Assembly: GCA_002269645.1 (NCBI GenBank)
Contig: NIVC01002998.1
Location: 62,775 to 126,774 of the forward strand
Source of the DNA: Macrostomum lignano
Taxonomy: Eukaryota
Direction: 5' to 3'
DNA: 64,000 bases
The position numbers and the translations under genes were made by a program. Every line of letters starts with the position of its first letter. The first letter of the stretch is position 1. Below the pieces are notes generated by a model that saw only the letters and a list, made by a program, of their open reading frames with translations, was not told where the DNA came from and ran no database searches. This document shows, piece after piece, positions 1 through 11,889 of this stretch.

Positions 1-140
<140 letters not shown>

Positions 141-162
141 ATGTACTTTGTAACACTTTTAG

Positions 163-3100
163 TTCTGCACCTCAAGCCGGACGTCGCAGGCGCCACCTTC
201 ATGGCCGGCAGCAGCTCAGCTCCGGAGCTGCTCACCTCAATCATCGGCGTGTTCTTTGCCGAAAGCGACGTCGGTGTAAGCACGATCGTTGGCAGCGCCA
301 TGTTCAACATCCTCATGATTGTTAGCATGTGCGGCCTGTTGTCCTCCAGACTGGTCTGCCTGTCCTGGTGGCCGCTGTTCAGAGACTGCAGCTTCTACTG
401 CGTCAGTGTTGTCGCGTTGGTCGCGGTCATCTACGACGGTTTGGTGACTTGGTGAGCGGTTGTCACTCTGTTAAGCCATTGTATTAGCTGAGAATGTAGA
501 ACCAGGTAAGCGAGGTCTCAAGGTATAAGAATTTTATTATTCCTCAAAAGTCAGCAGCAACTAAAATCGTTAAAAATAATAACGAATCACCTCTAAAAGG
601 CACAGGGTAAAGTGTTCAGGTTGAAAAGCTACGTGACCAATTAGATAGAATCAAAGACAACTTAAGTAGAAGGACGCAACACTCAAAATATACCAGTATA
701 TGGTAAATGTTTTGAAGGCAACTTTTCGCCGAAAAATACACTACAGAGATTGGAGGTTTTAATTTTTTTCAGCACAAAAGTTGTTATTGCTTTTGATAGG
801 AGAAAGACTCAGTGTTCATCTTTTGATATGCTGTGCCTTTCTTATTGCTCTATTAATATTCATTAAGCTTCTTGTTCAGAAAATTAGGATTTCGAGTTTA
901 GCGTCTTATATATGCTACTTAAGTAGTCCTTTGGTTAGAGTACGATAGAACACTCAAGGATGAAGGCGCAACCCAGGGGGGCCGTAGCCCAGCGGTAGCG
1001 CAGCTGCTCTGGTGTGCCAGCGACCCAGGCTCGATTCCAAGTGCAGTCACATTAATTTGGGGCTGAATTGGAATCTCGGCTTGGCTCTGTTGGTACAATT
1101 AACGCCATTGAGGGCCAACCCCCAAGGCGCAGTGAAGTGTACATGCCTAACGATGAATAATAAAGTTAGGGCCGCTGTACACTCCTGTGTGAGTGTGTGC
1201 CTGCGTACGTATCCGCGCGCTTGTATGCCTGCTCAGGGGAGTCGGCGGAATGGGCAGTAATGCCTCTCGCCGGTTGTGTGCCAATGTCGCTTAAAGTGCG
1301 CCAGGGTACCCCCCTTGCCTCTAATAATAAAAAAGGCGCAACCCAACTTTACACGCAGACTTTACACTACTAAGTCAGTAGTATCATTCATATAAGTCTA
1401 CAGACTACACTTTGTGTTACTGTAGTTTTCAGTAGTTTTCAGTTCCTTTTGGCTAAGAAACCAAGTTTCCCATCCTTCCACTTCAATTTAATGTCAATTT
1501 AATTCTATTGTAAACTTCAGGTTCGAGTCCGTAATCCTGGTAGGCATGTACATCATGTACATAGTGTTGATGTTCTTCAATGATCGCCTGGACAGCGCCA
1601 TATCAAGCCGGTATCCCAGCCTGGGCACCGGGGCAGCCTACAAGCTCTATGGGAAAACTGACGCCATCGACAATGAGAGGGAGGTGTTGCTCAGCCAGTC
1701 TGGCGAATCGCCGAGAGGATATGCCAGCATTGACTTGCCTCTGGTTTCAGTCACTGGTAAATGCAAACATTTTTACCCAGAGTTACCAGATATAGAGCAT
1801 TAGCTAATGTCTGCGGGCCAGGTGAGGACAGGAGATGAGATATGAAATGGGAGTAGAGATGAAAGAGAGAGAAGATATGAGGCAAGAGGAGAGAGGAGAA
1901 AAGAAGATGAAATGAGACAGAAAAGGAGAGAGAAGGGGAGGGAGGATCCAGAGAAGAGGGGGAGAGAGGATCGAGAGAAGAGGGGGGAGAGAGGATCGAG
2001 AGAAGATCGGAGAGGATCGAGAATAGAGGGGGAGAGAGGATCAAGAGATGAGGGGGAAGAGAGGATCGAGAGAAGATCGGAGAGGATCGAGAATAGAGGG
2101 AGAGAGAGGATCAAGAGAAGAGGGGGAGAGAGGATCGAGAGAAGAGAGGGGAGAGAGGATCGAGAGAAGAGAGGGGAGAGAGGATCGAGAGAAGAGGGGG
2201 AGAGAGGATCAAGAGAAGAGGGGGAGAGAGGATCGAGAGATGAGGGGGAGAGAGGATCAAGAGAAGATGGGGAGAGAGGATCGAGAGAAGAGGAGGAGAG
2301 AGGATCGAGAGAAGAGAGAGAGAGAGGATCGAGAGAAGAGGAGGAGAGAGGATCGAGAGAAGAGGAAGAGAAAGGATCGAGAGAAGAGGGGGAGAGAGGA
2401 TCGAGAGAAGAGGGGGAGAGAGGATCGAGAGAAGAGAGGGAGAGAGGATCGAGAGAAGAGGGGGAGAGAGGATCGAGAGAAGAGGGGGAGAGAGGATCGA
2501 GAGAAGAGGGGGAGAGAGGATCGAGAGAAGAGGGGGAGAGAGGATCGAGAGAAGAGGGGGAGAGAGGATCGAGAGAAGAGGGGGAGGAAAGATCGAGAGA
2601 AGAGGGGGAGAGAGGATCAAGAGAAGAGGGGGAGAGAGGATCGAGAGAAGAGGGAAGAAAGGATCGAAAGAAGAGGGAGAGAAAGGATCGAGAGAAGAGG
2701 GGGAGAGGATCGAGAGAAGAGGGGGAGAGGATCAAGAGAAGAGTGGAGAAAGGATTGAGAGAAGAGGGGGAGAGAGGATCGAGTGAGGAGGGGGAGAGAG
2801 GATCGAGAGAAGAGGGGGAGAGAGGATCGAGTGAGGAGGGGAGAGAGGATCGAGTGAGGAGGGGGAGAGAGGATCGAGTGAAGAGGGGGAGAGAGGATCG
2901 AGTGAGGAGGGGAGAGAGGATCGAGTGAAGAGGGGGAGAGAGGATCGAGTGAAGAGGGGGAGAGAGGATCGAGTGAAGAGGGGGAGAGAGGATCGAGTGA
3001 GGAGGGGGAGAGAGGATCGAGAGAAGAGGGGGAGAGAGGATCGAGTGAGGAGGGGGAGAGAGGATCGAGTGAGGAGGGGGAGAGAGGATCGAGTGAAGAG

Positions 3101-5080
3101 GGGGGAGAGAGGATCGAGTGAAGAGGGGGAGAGAGGATCGAGAGAAGAGGGGGAGAGAAGATCGAGTGAGGAGGGGGAGAGAGGATCGAGTGAAGAGGGG
3201 GGAGAGAAGATCGAGTGAGGAGGGGGAGAGAGGATCGAGAGAAGAGGGGGAGAGAGGATCGAGAATAGAGGGGGAGGGAGGATCGAGGGTAGAGGGGGAG
3301 AGAGGATCGAGAGAAGAGGGGAGGAGAAAGTAGGTAATAAAATTGAGAAGAGATCCTGGATTGCTATTGCGAGTTTGAAGTTAATAACTACTGGGGTATT
3401 TTTGATAATAGTCCCTCATTCAGAGACGGAAACTTTCTTTCTTTACATTCGTCAAAGCCCCAGAAGACCAGGGCCCAGAATCGCCATTTCTGATGCCTAA
3501 GGGCTTTCTTCGCCGAACCAGCTGGATCTGCATGCTGCCGTGGACCTGCGCATTCTTTGTCAGCATTCCCGACTGTCGAAGACCGGGCATTTGGAGGCGC
3601 CTGTTCCCGCTGACTCTGGTCTCTAGCGTGGCCTGGATATCCGGGATAAGCTATCTCATGGTGTGGATGGTCTGCGCTGCGGGCGACGCACTGGGCATCC
3701 CGGACACAGTGATGGGGCTCACTCTGCTGGCCGCCGGCACCTCTGTGCCTGACTGCATGGCCGCTGTCTTTGTCTCTAAAGGAGGTGTGCAAAAACTTTT
3801 GATTGGAGAGTGGGGCTACTACGAGTATTACGAATAGCTATAGACACAAACACACACACACAAGCACACACACTGTCCCTTGAAGGCTGGGACTCTGAGC
3901 AGATATTATTTAACTTCAAACTTAAACCAATTTGCGTGCAAAAAGCCCTATAGGATACTGCATCTGCAACTGGGAGGTATCTACAAAACCCATTAAACAA
4001 TGAGACAGTTTGTGACTAGACATGCCAATGCTTTGTCCCTGTAAAGAATTCACTTTAGATTGTAGAACGATAAACGCTTGATAATCGTACGAGGCAAGCG
4101 ACTGCAATTTATATTGTAAATATTGAGCACAATACATTTAGTGGATAAGGCTTAGGGGTGGAGAACAAAAGTAGCCAGATTGAAGAACGTACATGAGTAA
4201 GAGAGTACATCAAGATATTGTAGAAAGGCGCACAGACCGAAACAGGTCAAAACAGGCCGAACCAAAACACCACCCCAAACACTGAATACAGTACAAGCTA
4301 ACATCACTAACAAAAATCAACATAGCCAAGTCACCACAGTCCCCATGCGCCCCAGCTTGTGACCCGATATGGAAATCAATATTTATGCTTTAGGGCGCCA
4401 AAATAATGCACCATCGGCACCAAAATGAATCAAAATAAATGCTTGCCTGCGGCGCCAAAGTGAGTGCCTGTCATTTCGTGCCTGTCTGTGGCGCCAAAGT
4501 GAGTGCCTGCGGCGCCAAAATGAGTGCCTGCGGCACTAAAAGAATGCCAAATGCTTTGATTCCCAAAACGTTGTAGAGTTTTTTTTTATTTTGTCCCCCC
4601 ATATAAAAAATCCATGCCGACATCCCGGTTGGCCAGAATGCAGAGGTGTAGCAAAGGAATTCCAGGGCTTTTCGAGGAAGTTCAGTCGTCTAATGAACAA
4701 CGATGCAAATCAATAAATATTGAAACTTCTCGTTCAACTTTGCAGGACTGGGCGATATGGCGGTAAGCAACAGCATTGGCAGCAATGTGTTCAACATCCT
4801 CATCTGCTTAGGCCTGCCCTGGTTAATCAGCACCGTCATTATCGAGCCTGGAAGCTCAGTTATCATCAATTCGTCTGGTCTAACGTATTCTTCAATCACC
4901 CTGTTCTCCACAATAGTATTCCTGTTCATCATTGTCTATTATAACAAAATGCAATTGAACTTTCGTTTGGGACTTACCTGCCTCATTGTTTACCTAGTAG
5001 TGACGACATTGTCGTGCTTGTACGAGACTAACGTGTTTGGACCATTGAATCCACCGCCGTGTCCCAGGACGCGGATGTGA
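163..5080 (+). CDS. SLC24A: K+-dependent Na+/Ca2+ exchanger (SLC24/NCKX family); 5' end outside window; exons 163-451, 1521-1756, 3464-3784, 4746-5080
   Basis: Alpha-1 repeat DVAGATFMAGSSSAPEL..GVSTIVGSAMFN and alpha-2 repeat TLLAAGTSVPD..GLGDMAVSNSIGSNVFN, including the NCKX-specific Asp. GT-AG junctions match in phase (tg|g, g|aa, g|ga). An alternative acceptor at 3457 is also in phase. Confidence 0.92.
976..1332 (+). mobile_element. tRNA-derived SINE with 13-bp target-site duplication
   Basis: Head GGGGGGCCGTAGCCCAGCGG (A box) ... GGCTCGATTCC (B box); A-rich tail AATAATAAAAA; TSD AAGGCGCAACCCA at 963-975 and 1333-1345; second copy at 19901-20147. Confidence 0.9.
1850..3330. repeat. Purine-rich ~24-bp minisatellite (GAGAGGATCGAGAGAAGAGGGG-like) in NCKX intron
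   Basis: Tandem GATC-containing units, almost all purine on the + strand. The long R/E/G and L/S/P ORFs here are repeat artefacts. Confidence 0.95.
4390..4545. repeat. Degenerate 21-bp tandem repeat (GAGTGCCTGCGGCGCCAAAAT)
   Basis: Several copies. The reverse complement differs at 2 positions from the 21-bp unit inside the MITE at 60174-60518. Confidence 0.7.
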
Positions 5081-6458
5081 AATATTCAACTTCCATAGCT
5101 TTTTCAAGTATAGTCTCAATGTTTTTCCTAATTGCTTGGGGAGTAAGATTTTGAATATTTGGAAGAGCTTAACAGTGCGTTATGAAATACATTATTAATT
5201 TTCATAATATCTATTTTTTATATTCCATTGAAGTACCTTGATGAGTCATTTAATTCAACTACAAATTTAATTTAAAATGTTCTTTTTGTCCTTCCAAAAG
5301 ACGCAACATTCATTCACTTCAGATAAAAGTGCTTATTTACTCATATAGTGCGGCACACTGCCTGATTTGCCTCGCTACTTCAAAAGTCCATATTTACTAT
5401 TCAAAAAGCCGCCAATATTGCCCCATTCAGTGCAACATCCGGCTCTGGAGACTTTAGAAATTTTTTCCAAGGAATGGCTAAGGTGGTTAGATGGTAGGGA
5501 CTGCCACTCTGCAAAGGGCTTTTATTTTATACGCTTTTATTCATAAAATCTAAGAACTTTTATAGAGTTGTCAACTGAGCAATTTTTAGGTCTCCTACTA
5601 CGTCAAACAATATGGATGGACAGTCCTTCTGAATATTCTGTAGACCCCAACTCGTCCCTAAATCTTCACTCTCTCTCGGCATGCTCTCCAGTCCTGAGCT
5701 TGACACATCTCTTCTCAAAGCTTGTAAATAAGCAAACTTCGAGCACGCATGAGTCCTTAGACGCTCACTTTCCTGCCAGAGTAATCAGACAGCTGTACTT
5801 GGCCTTTTTCATTTTCTTATTTAAACTTGGGGTCTCCTTATGATCTCTCTCTCCCTTTCTGTGCTCTCATTTGGAGCAGAAAAGAAGTGACTGACTACAG
5901 GCTTGCTGCTCGGGCAGGAAATAGCAGCAAGGAGAGGGAGGGAGGGAGAGAGCGTGTGTGCCAGATTGTGTGCACCGCTCGTTGCCATAGCAACAGCGGA
6001 GAGGTGCGCGCATGCAGGCTCTCATAGCACAGCAAGCAGTTTTAGATATGATTAAAGGCTTTCATGTCTTTTCTGGTCTGTGAGCGAGACCGCACTGAAA
6101 TTCAATTGGTACTACTGGGTCTTCACACTGTATAGCCCAGTGTTCCATGCTCATTCTCTCACTGGCTGCTCACTGGCACACATCAACCCACCCAGCTGGG
6201 GGCCCCGATTCCATTTGCTCTTTTCTTTGCCTCGGCTATTCGTTTTGTGCAAGCAGAGCATGAGCACTAAGCATTAGAACTCTCTGTTGATTCTGGAGAG
6301 AGTTTTTCACCAAGAAAAGACGCCCCTAAGTGAATATATATATGATGCGCTGCTTGTAAAAATAGCCATCAAAACTGGAGAGAGAGAGCATCGACTGCAC
6401 TAAAACAGACAACGGCCGAAACTGAAAGAAACTTCCGATAGCAGCTGAAAAGTTTGAA

Positions 6459-8322
6459 ATGAAGCGGAACATTGAACGGACGGCGACTCCGCCAGACAGA
6501 CAAGCGACATACGAAGCCGACCGGGTCGCTGAAGATGACAGCACTCAGCAGCAGCAGGAGCAGCAAGCAAAGAATCCAGGAGCTGTACAAAGACCGCGAA
6601 CCGCCCTTGAGGTTGCTCGGTCCAGCGGCATGTTCAAGGACTACTTAGCTGGATTAGACAACCTCCGCTCGATAGTAAACGATTGCGAGAACCGTCTCGC
6701 CCAGGCTTTGAACGAGTTCTACGGCACAACGGAAAAAGACGAGCAGATGTTCAACGCATTTAACATCGAGGTCAACAAAGCGTTCGAAGCGTGCAACTCC
6801 TGCCTGGACAAGGCCGGCCATCAGGCTATCATTGTTGATGGCCAAGCCCCGATTGCTACGCTGGTGAACAAGCTGAAGGAATACCGATTGGCCGCTAATC
6901 CGGAGGACACTCAACTGCTGCTACAGTTTTGGGAGTCGTTCAAGCTGGCTCTGGAGCAGCTGCAGACCATCGCGGATGACTACGAGCGTCGAGTGCTGTC
7001 AAAACTGCGCACAGGGTGCCTGATTGCCTCGAGCGGCGCAATGGCGACCGCCAAATCGCCGCTGTCGAAGGCCTACGAAGCCGAGGCCGCCGCCTACTCC
7101 AAGGAGCTGGAGACCGTCCGCACGAGAGTCCGACTGCTCTGCCACAGCGCCGGCACCCACATGCGAATGGAGCTGCTAGGCAAAGCCTCTCACACCGAGA
7201 GAGTCCTCATCAACTGTAACGACGACTTCTATCCGATCCTGTGCGTAGTGCCTGACCTGACGGTCAAGCTGGAGTCCATGGCCCGCATCGCCTACCAGTG
7301 GCTGGACAAAGACGAGACCTACTTGTTTGAGGTGTCCCGCCAACTGCGCGATAAACGAAGCGAAACACGCGAGATGGAACAGCAACTCAGAGCTGAGCGC
7401 GAGAAACACCGGCTGCTACTGAAGTCAGTGAAGTCAGCTTACCTGATGTGTCAAAACAGCAAGAAGCGACTTCGAGAAATCACGCAAGAGCTGAAAAACC
7501 TCGAGGAGCATATTGAGCACTCGGCTCGGGAACGGCGGGCCAAGATGGACGAGAAAAAGCAGAAGAAGGAGATGGCCGACTTTTTAGACTTGAGCATCAC
7601 TCAGACTAAAATGAATTACGCGCTCCAGGTGAGTTCTTTCGTTGATTAGACAGATGCTTTGATCGTGCTAACGAAGTGAAGTCAAATGCGGGTAAAAACA
7701 GACCACAATTACTTTTAACTTTTTTGGGTAGCGTATTGGCTGGCTATCCAGATCCCTATGCCACACGAGCTGGTAATCAAAGTGATGTACTCTAATACTC
7801 TGTATGCACATACTCCATCAGACAAAGTGTTATTTCTTACTGATGATATTTTTCGTAATTTTCATTGATAACAAGTTTGTTGCACTCGTATTTTCTAAGA
7901 GCTAAAACATCCCATTTCCCATCTACCAGCTCAAACGCCAGCGTCTGATGGCCCAGATTCAGGAACTGGAGGAGTTCCTGCGCAAAGTGGAGCAGGAAAT
8001 CAGCTCGCTCAAGACCCAGATTCAAACAAAGACTAACGAGAAAAAGTCTGCCGAAGACCTGTACCAGGCGCAGGACAGCAATTTCGCGAATATGAAGACC
8101 GACTTAGAAGGCTACACTAAAAAAGTACAAGAGATGAGCAACGAACTCCGCGGCGTCCGCCAGCATCTCAGTCATCTGGAGAGCATCCAGAGCCTCAAAA
8201 CCAGTCCGGAGACTGTGGACACTTTCTATGAAAGGCCTCGCAGCGTGAAGCTGGCGCCGTCGCTCATGGAGTCGATCAACATGAAAAAACGACGTCTCCT
8301 GAAGCAGTCAGTTAAAAGTTGA
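6459..8322 (+). CDS. Uncharacterised coiled-coil protein, ~520 aa; exons 6459-7628, 7930-8322
   Basis: 396-codon ORF with donor CAG|GTGAGT at 7628/7629; in-phase acceptor CTACCAG|CTC at 7929/7930; heptad-rich C-terminal half. Confidence 0.82.
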
Positions 8323-9100
8323 CTGAATTTCAGGGAAGTGTGCATTGCGTTTACCGAAAAAATCTGCGTTGTGTAGAATTTGGTAGAATTCTAAATTTGA
8401 TAAAAGAACAATTTTAATTATCATGAAACTGATATGGAAATCAGGTAGCCGAACTTCAGATGCTTTGCTCACGGCATTTACGCTCGTTAGATGCTTCTCG
8501 CTTTTGTAACGATAATATTTATATCAGATTAATTTGTTATTGTCCCAAAAATATGTATCGAGTTCTATTTTGCAGACAGGAATTTCGATACTCCTAGTTC
8601 TAAACTGTTTTGGCAGCTCGCCAAAATTAAAACTCTCTGATTTCTAAACCAGCGAGCAATCATCCAAGACTCTCAACTTACTTTTTTGTACAGCAAGCAA
8701 AGTCAAACTTGTTTTTGTTGTAATGAAACTCCTGCCGGTTTGTCGATAATTATCTTTTGTTAGAAATTGCTTTGCTTATATTATTTGAGTCGATTTTGAC
8801 TGCGTCAAAACAAAATATTAGCGTCAAATAATTAATCTTTTTTCGTTAGAGTAACTTTTATCTGTTTGCATATAAAATTTGTAGTGAATACAACAAGAAA
8901 TTTGATATTGTGATATTAATACTCACATTTGAATATTAAGCTTTCTTGTATTTACTCAATTGCTTCGTCGAGATTGAAAATTATATCTTAGGATTTTCAA
9001 ATTTGAAACAATAATTTCGCTTCTCCGAAATTATAAAGTAATGGTTTTCGCAACAATTATTGAAATCGATGTTAGAAAATTGTTGATAAAGGCTCGTTCA

Positions 9101-9252
9101 CACCCAGGAGCGTATAGCCTGGCAGGGAGGGCAAGGGCCTTACCCTAATAAAGTGGCACAGCAGGTTCGCCGTCTCTGTGTCCATTGGTAGTAATAGATC
9201 CCCAAAAACTTATTTGGCGCTGGGCACCCCTTGGTGCTGGCGCTCCTGGGTG
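9101..9252. mobile_element. Possible small non-autonomous TIR element
   Basis: 12-bp inverted repeats CACCCAGGAGCG (9101-9112) and CGCTCCTGGGTG (9241-9252) bound a GC-rich island in AT-rich DNA. No clear TSD. Confidence 0.35.
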
Positions 9253-9517
9253 CTAAAGCCCGTCGCTGGCCCCAAGGCGCCTCCCCATCAAAGAGCCTGG
9301 CTCCTCTCATGGGTACACTGCGATCATGAGGCTTCGTTACATTGTGCGTATCTTCGTTGCACTCTTTTTATAACCATATCTCGTTAATTAGGCAACCTCA
9401 CTCAGACTTTATTTTAATTGCCTAGTCATTTTAAGTGAAAACAACATTAATTTCTTGTAATTGTTATTAGGCTCACATGCTAAATAGTTAAATGTAAATG
9501 AAGCATAATTTCTTAAA

Positions 9518-9934
9518 TCAGTTGGGCCTCAATACCGGTTGAATTCGACCGCTTTGACCTTTGCGCGCCTCGCTGAACTGCCTCAGCTGCTGCACGAGCT
9601 CCCGAGAGCGCTGCCGCTGCGGGAAGTCCGGGTCCTGCACGCACTGCATCAGGTAGTCATTCTCGTCAATCAGTCGCTTCATCTCCTTCTCGATGATGCA
9701 CACTTTTGATTGCAGCGAGTTTACCAACTGGCCCTGATATTCAATCTTTGCATTGGCGGCTGCCAGCCTCGCGGACAGCTCCGGCAGGCTCACAGCCGAC
9801 TGACTCGTTTCGTCAACTGTTGCTAGGGAAGCGCCGCCGATCGATGGGAGATCCCTGCTTTGGGCCTTCTTCCGGATCAAGCGTTTGGAGTCTGCAGACT
9901 CGGCAGCTGATAGCTTGACAGTCTCAGATGCCAT
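9518..9934 (-). CDS. Uncharacterised 138-aa coiled-coil protein
   Basis: ATG-initiated GC-rich ORF in AT-rich surroundings with a helical heptad segment (LSARLAAANAKIEYQGQLVNSLQSKV). Confidence 0.6.
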   Translation of the reverse strand: MASETVKLSAAESADSKRLIRKKAQSRDLPSIGGASLATVDETSQSAVSLPELSARLAAANAKIEYQGQLVNSLQSKVCIIEKEMKRLIDENDYLMQCVQDPDFPQRQRSRELVQQLRQFSEARKGQSGRIQPVLRPN

Positions 9935-10829
9935 TTAGTGCGTGCGTGTGACAAAAATGGAAAGGCCAATAGAAAAACGCAAGCTGTTATAAATCCGTCC
10001 GAGCCACTTCAGCTGCATGCAGTCGACTGCGCACGAGGCAGCATTTTTCTAACCCGCATTGCAGTTCCCATCCGACGTATTCTGTGCAAAACAATGCAAT
10101 TTCAGTCATTGTTTGCCGTACCGGTTTTGTATAGATAGAAAGACGAGAGCAATCGACTCTGGTGCCTGAGTCAGCTGATAAATTAATTGCTTCCGCTTTA
10201 TCTTCTCCTGTCTGAGAGCTTACAGCAGACTTCCTATTTGTCAGTTGTTGATTCCCAGGAATTTTACATTCATTTTAAATTGTGAAACAGCCTCTGCCTG
10301 GCTCAGAGCCTGCCTATAGAGAATACGACGGTGAAGCCTTCCGTGATGCTTGGCTGCTTGCTTCAAGACAAGCCTCAAGAAATTTTACTTGGAGTTGTTT
10401 TTCGTTCCGCTTTGTAAGCGTCACTTTCTTCGACTTTTGACACTCTTCATTTTTATTTAAACAGATCAGCTTAAAAGCTTGCGATGCCTTCCTACCTGCT
10501 ACTTGAAATTTTAAATCAGTTTATTTGGACACTCAGAAAGAAGCGACGAGTTCTCATGCCTCGAAACCCAAGCCTAAGCCTAGAATCGAGATCTAGCAGC
10601 GCCTCAACCGACTCCGAGTTGCTGCTTCAGCAGTATCGCAACCAGCAGCAGACGCGGAAACAGAAAGTGTTTCAGCAGCATTCAAAAGTCACCGAAAAGA
10701 CGACAACAACACAACAGCACCACAAGCAGGAAACCGAGCAGCAAAAGCAGTCGAAAATGCCTCATAATCGGCAGAAGCAAGTTCACAAGCCTCGAGCCTG
10801 GGCACAAACCCACAACACGAAACTATAGC

Positions 10830-11273
10830 ATGGACCCTCGGAACGCCGATAGGCCGGCTGCTCGGCAGGATCATCACCGGCTGCAGCGTCAGCTGCATCA
10901 ACAGCAGCGAGAGAGCCAGCAGTTGCAGGATCTGCTGGACTATCAGCTGGAGCAGCGTCGCTACAAGCGATACTCGATTCAATTGGCCAGAATGTCGGAC
11001 TGCATCGCGCCTATGCGGGCGGCAATCAGCGATAGGGAGAAAACTCTAACCTGCCTGCTGGACCAGAACGCCCTGTGCAACTCTGCCAGAATTCGCCTGA
11101 ACCGGCCTGAAGCTCGAGTCGATGAGGTTCGACAGACTCTCGCTGAGGTGCGAGACGCTCTGCAGCAGAACCGAGAGAGGGCCAAAATTAAACAGCTGCA
11201 GAAAATGCTGCTGGAAAAGCAAAAAGCGGAAGATCAGAATAAGAAATTTAGGTTGTTTACGTACGTGGAGTAA
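10830..11273 (+). CDS. Uncharacterised 147-aa Q/R/L-rich coiled-coil protein
   Basis: ATG-initiated ORF with coding-like codon usage, divergent from the 9518-9934 gene. Confidence 0.6.
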   Translation: MDPRNADRPAARQDHHRLQRQLHQQQRESQQLQDLLDYQLEQRRYKRYSIQLARMSDCIAPMRAAISDREKTLTCLLDQNALCNSARIRLNRPEARVDEVRQTLAEVRDALQQNRERAKIKQLQKMLLEKQKAEDQNKKFRLFTYVE

Positions 11274-11322
11274 ATTCACTGTGATGTTTGAAATATTACA
11301 CCTGACTTGAAAAGAATTTATG

Positions 11323-11456
<134 letters not shown>

Positions 11457-11467
11457 AGATCCAGCTG

Positions 11468-11849
11468 CCAGCTGCCTTAATCGTTTCCGGTGATCTTGTG
11501 TGCGTGCTTTCAGCGTGATTGGCTGCGGCAAGCAAGCTCGAAAGAGCTCGCTTCGCTCGCTCTTTCTCGCTATCTACCATCTATTGCCAGGACCTGCACC
11601 GGAGCGGTTACGAAAATTAGATTTCTCGGTAGTTGCTCGCACTCTTTTGCACTACTTGAGTAGTCTGATTTTCGTTCGGCATGGCTGGTTCCAGCAGGTA
11701 GTTCCTCTGGATAAAAGCGCTTACCGCGCCCATTGGCTTTCCAGCTGCCTTAATCGTTTCCGGTGATCTTGTGTGCGTGCTTTCAGCTTGATTGGCTGCG
11801 GCAAGCAAGCTCGAAAGAGCTCGCTTCGCTCGCTCTTTCTCGCTATCTA

Positions 11850-11850
<1 letters not shown>
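11468..11850. repeat. 110-bp direct repeat pair (11468-11577 and 11741-11850)
   Basis: Two copies differing at one position seen (CAGCGTGA vs CAGCTTGA). The second copy runs into (TCTA)n. Confidence 0.9.

Positions 11851-11889
<39 letters not shown>

Noticed and set aside
976-1050. tRNA gene
   Set aside because: A and B boxes are present but there is no convincing cloverleaf; it continues into a SINE body with TSD.
1751-3333. Long ORFs of up to 338 aa on both strands
   Set aside because: Translations of the purine minisatellite; they lie in the NCKX intron.
10484-10828. 114-aa Q-rich ORF ending just before the 10830 ATG
   Set aside because: Low complexity with no splice or homology support; probably 5' leader. 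A frameshifted extension cannot be excluded.
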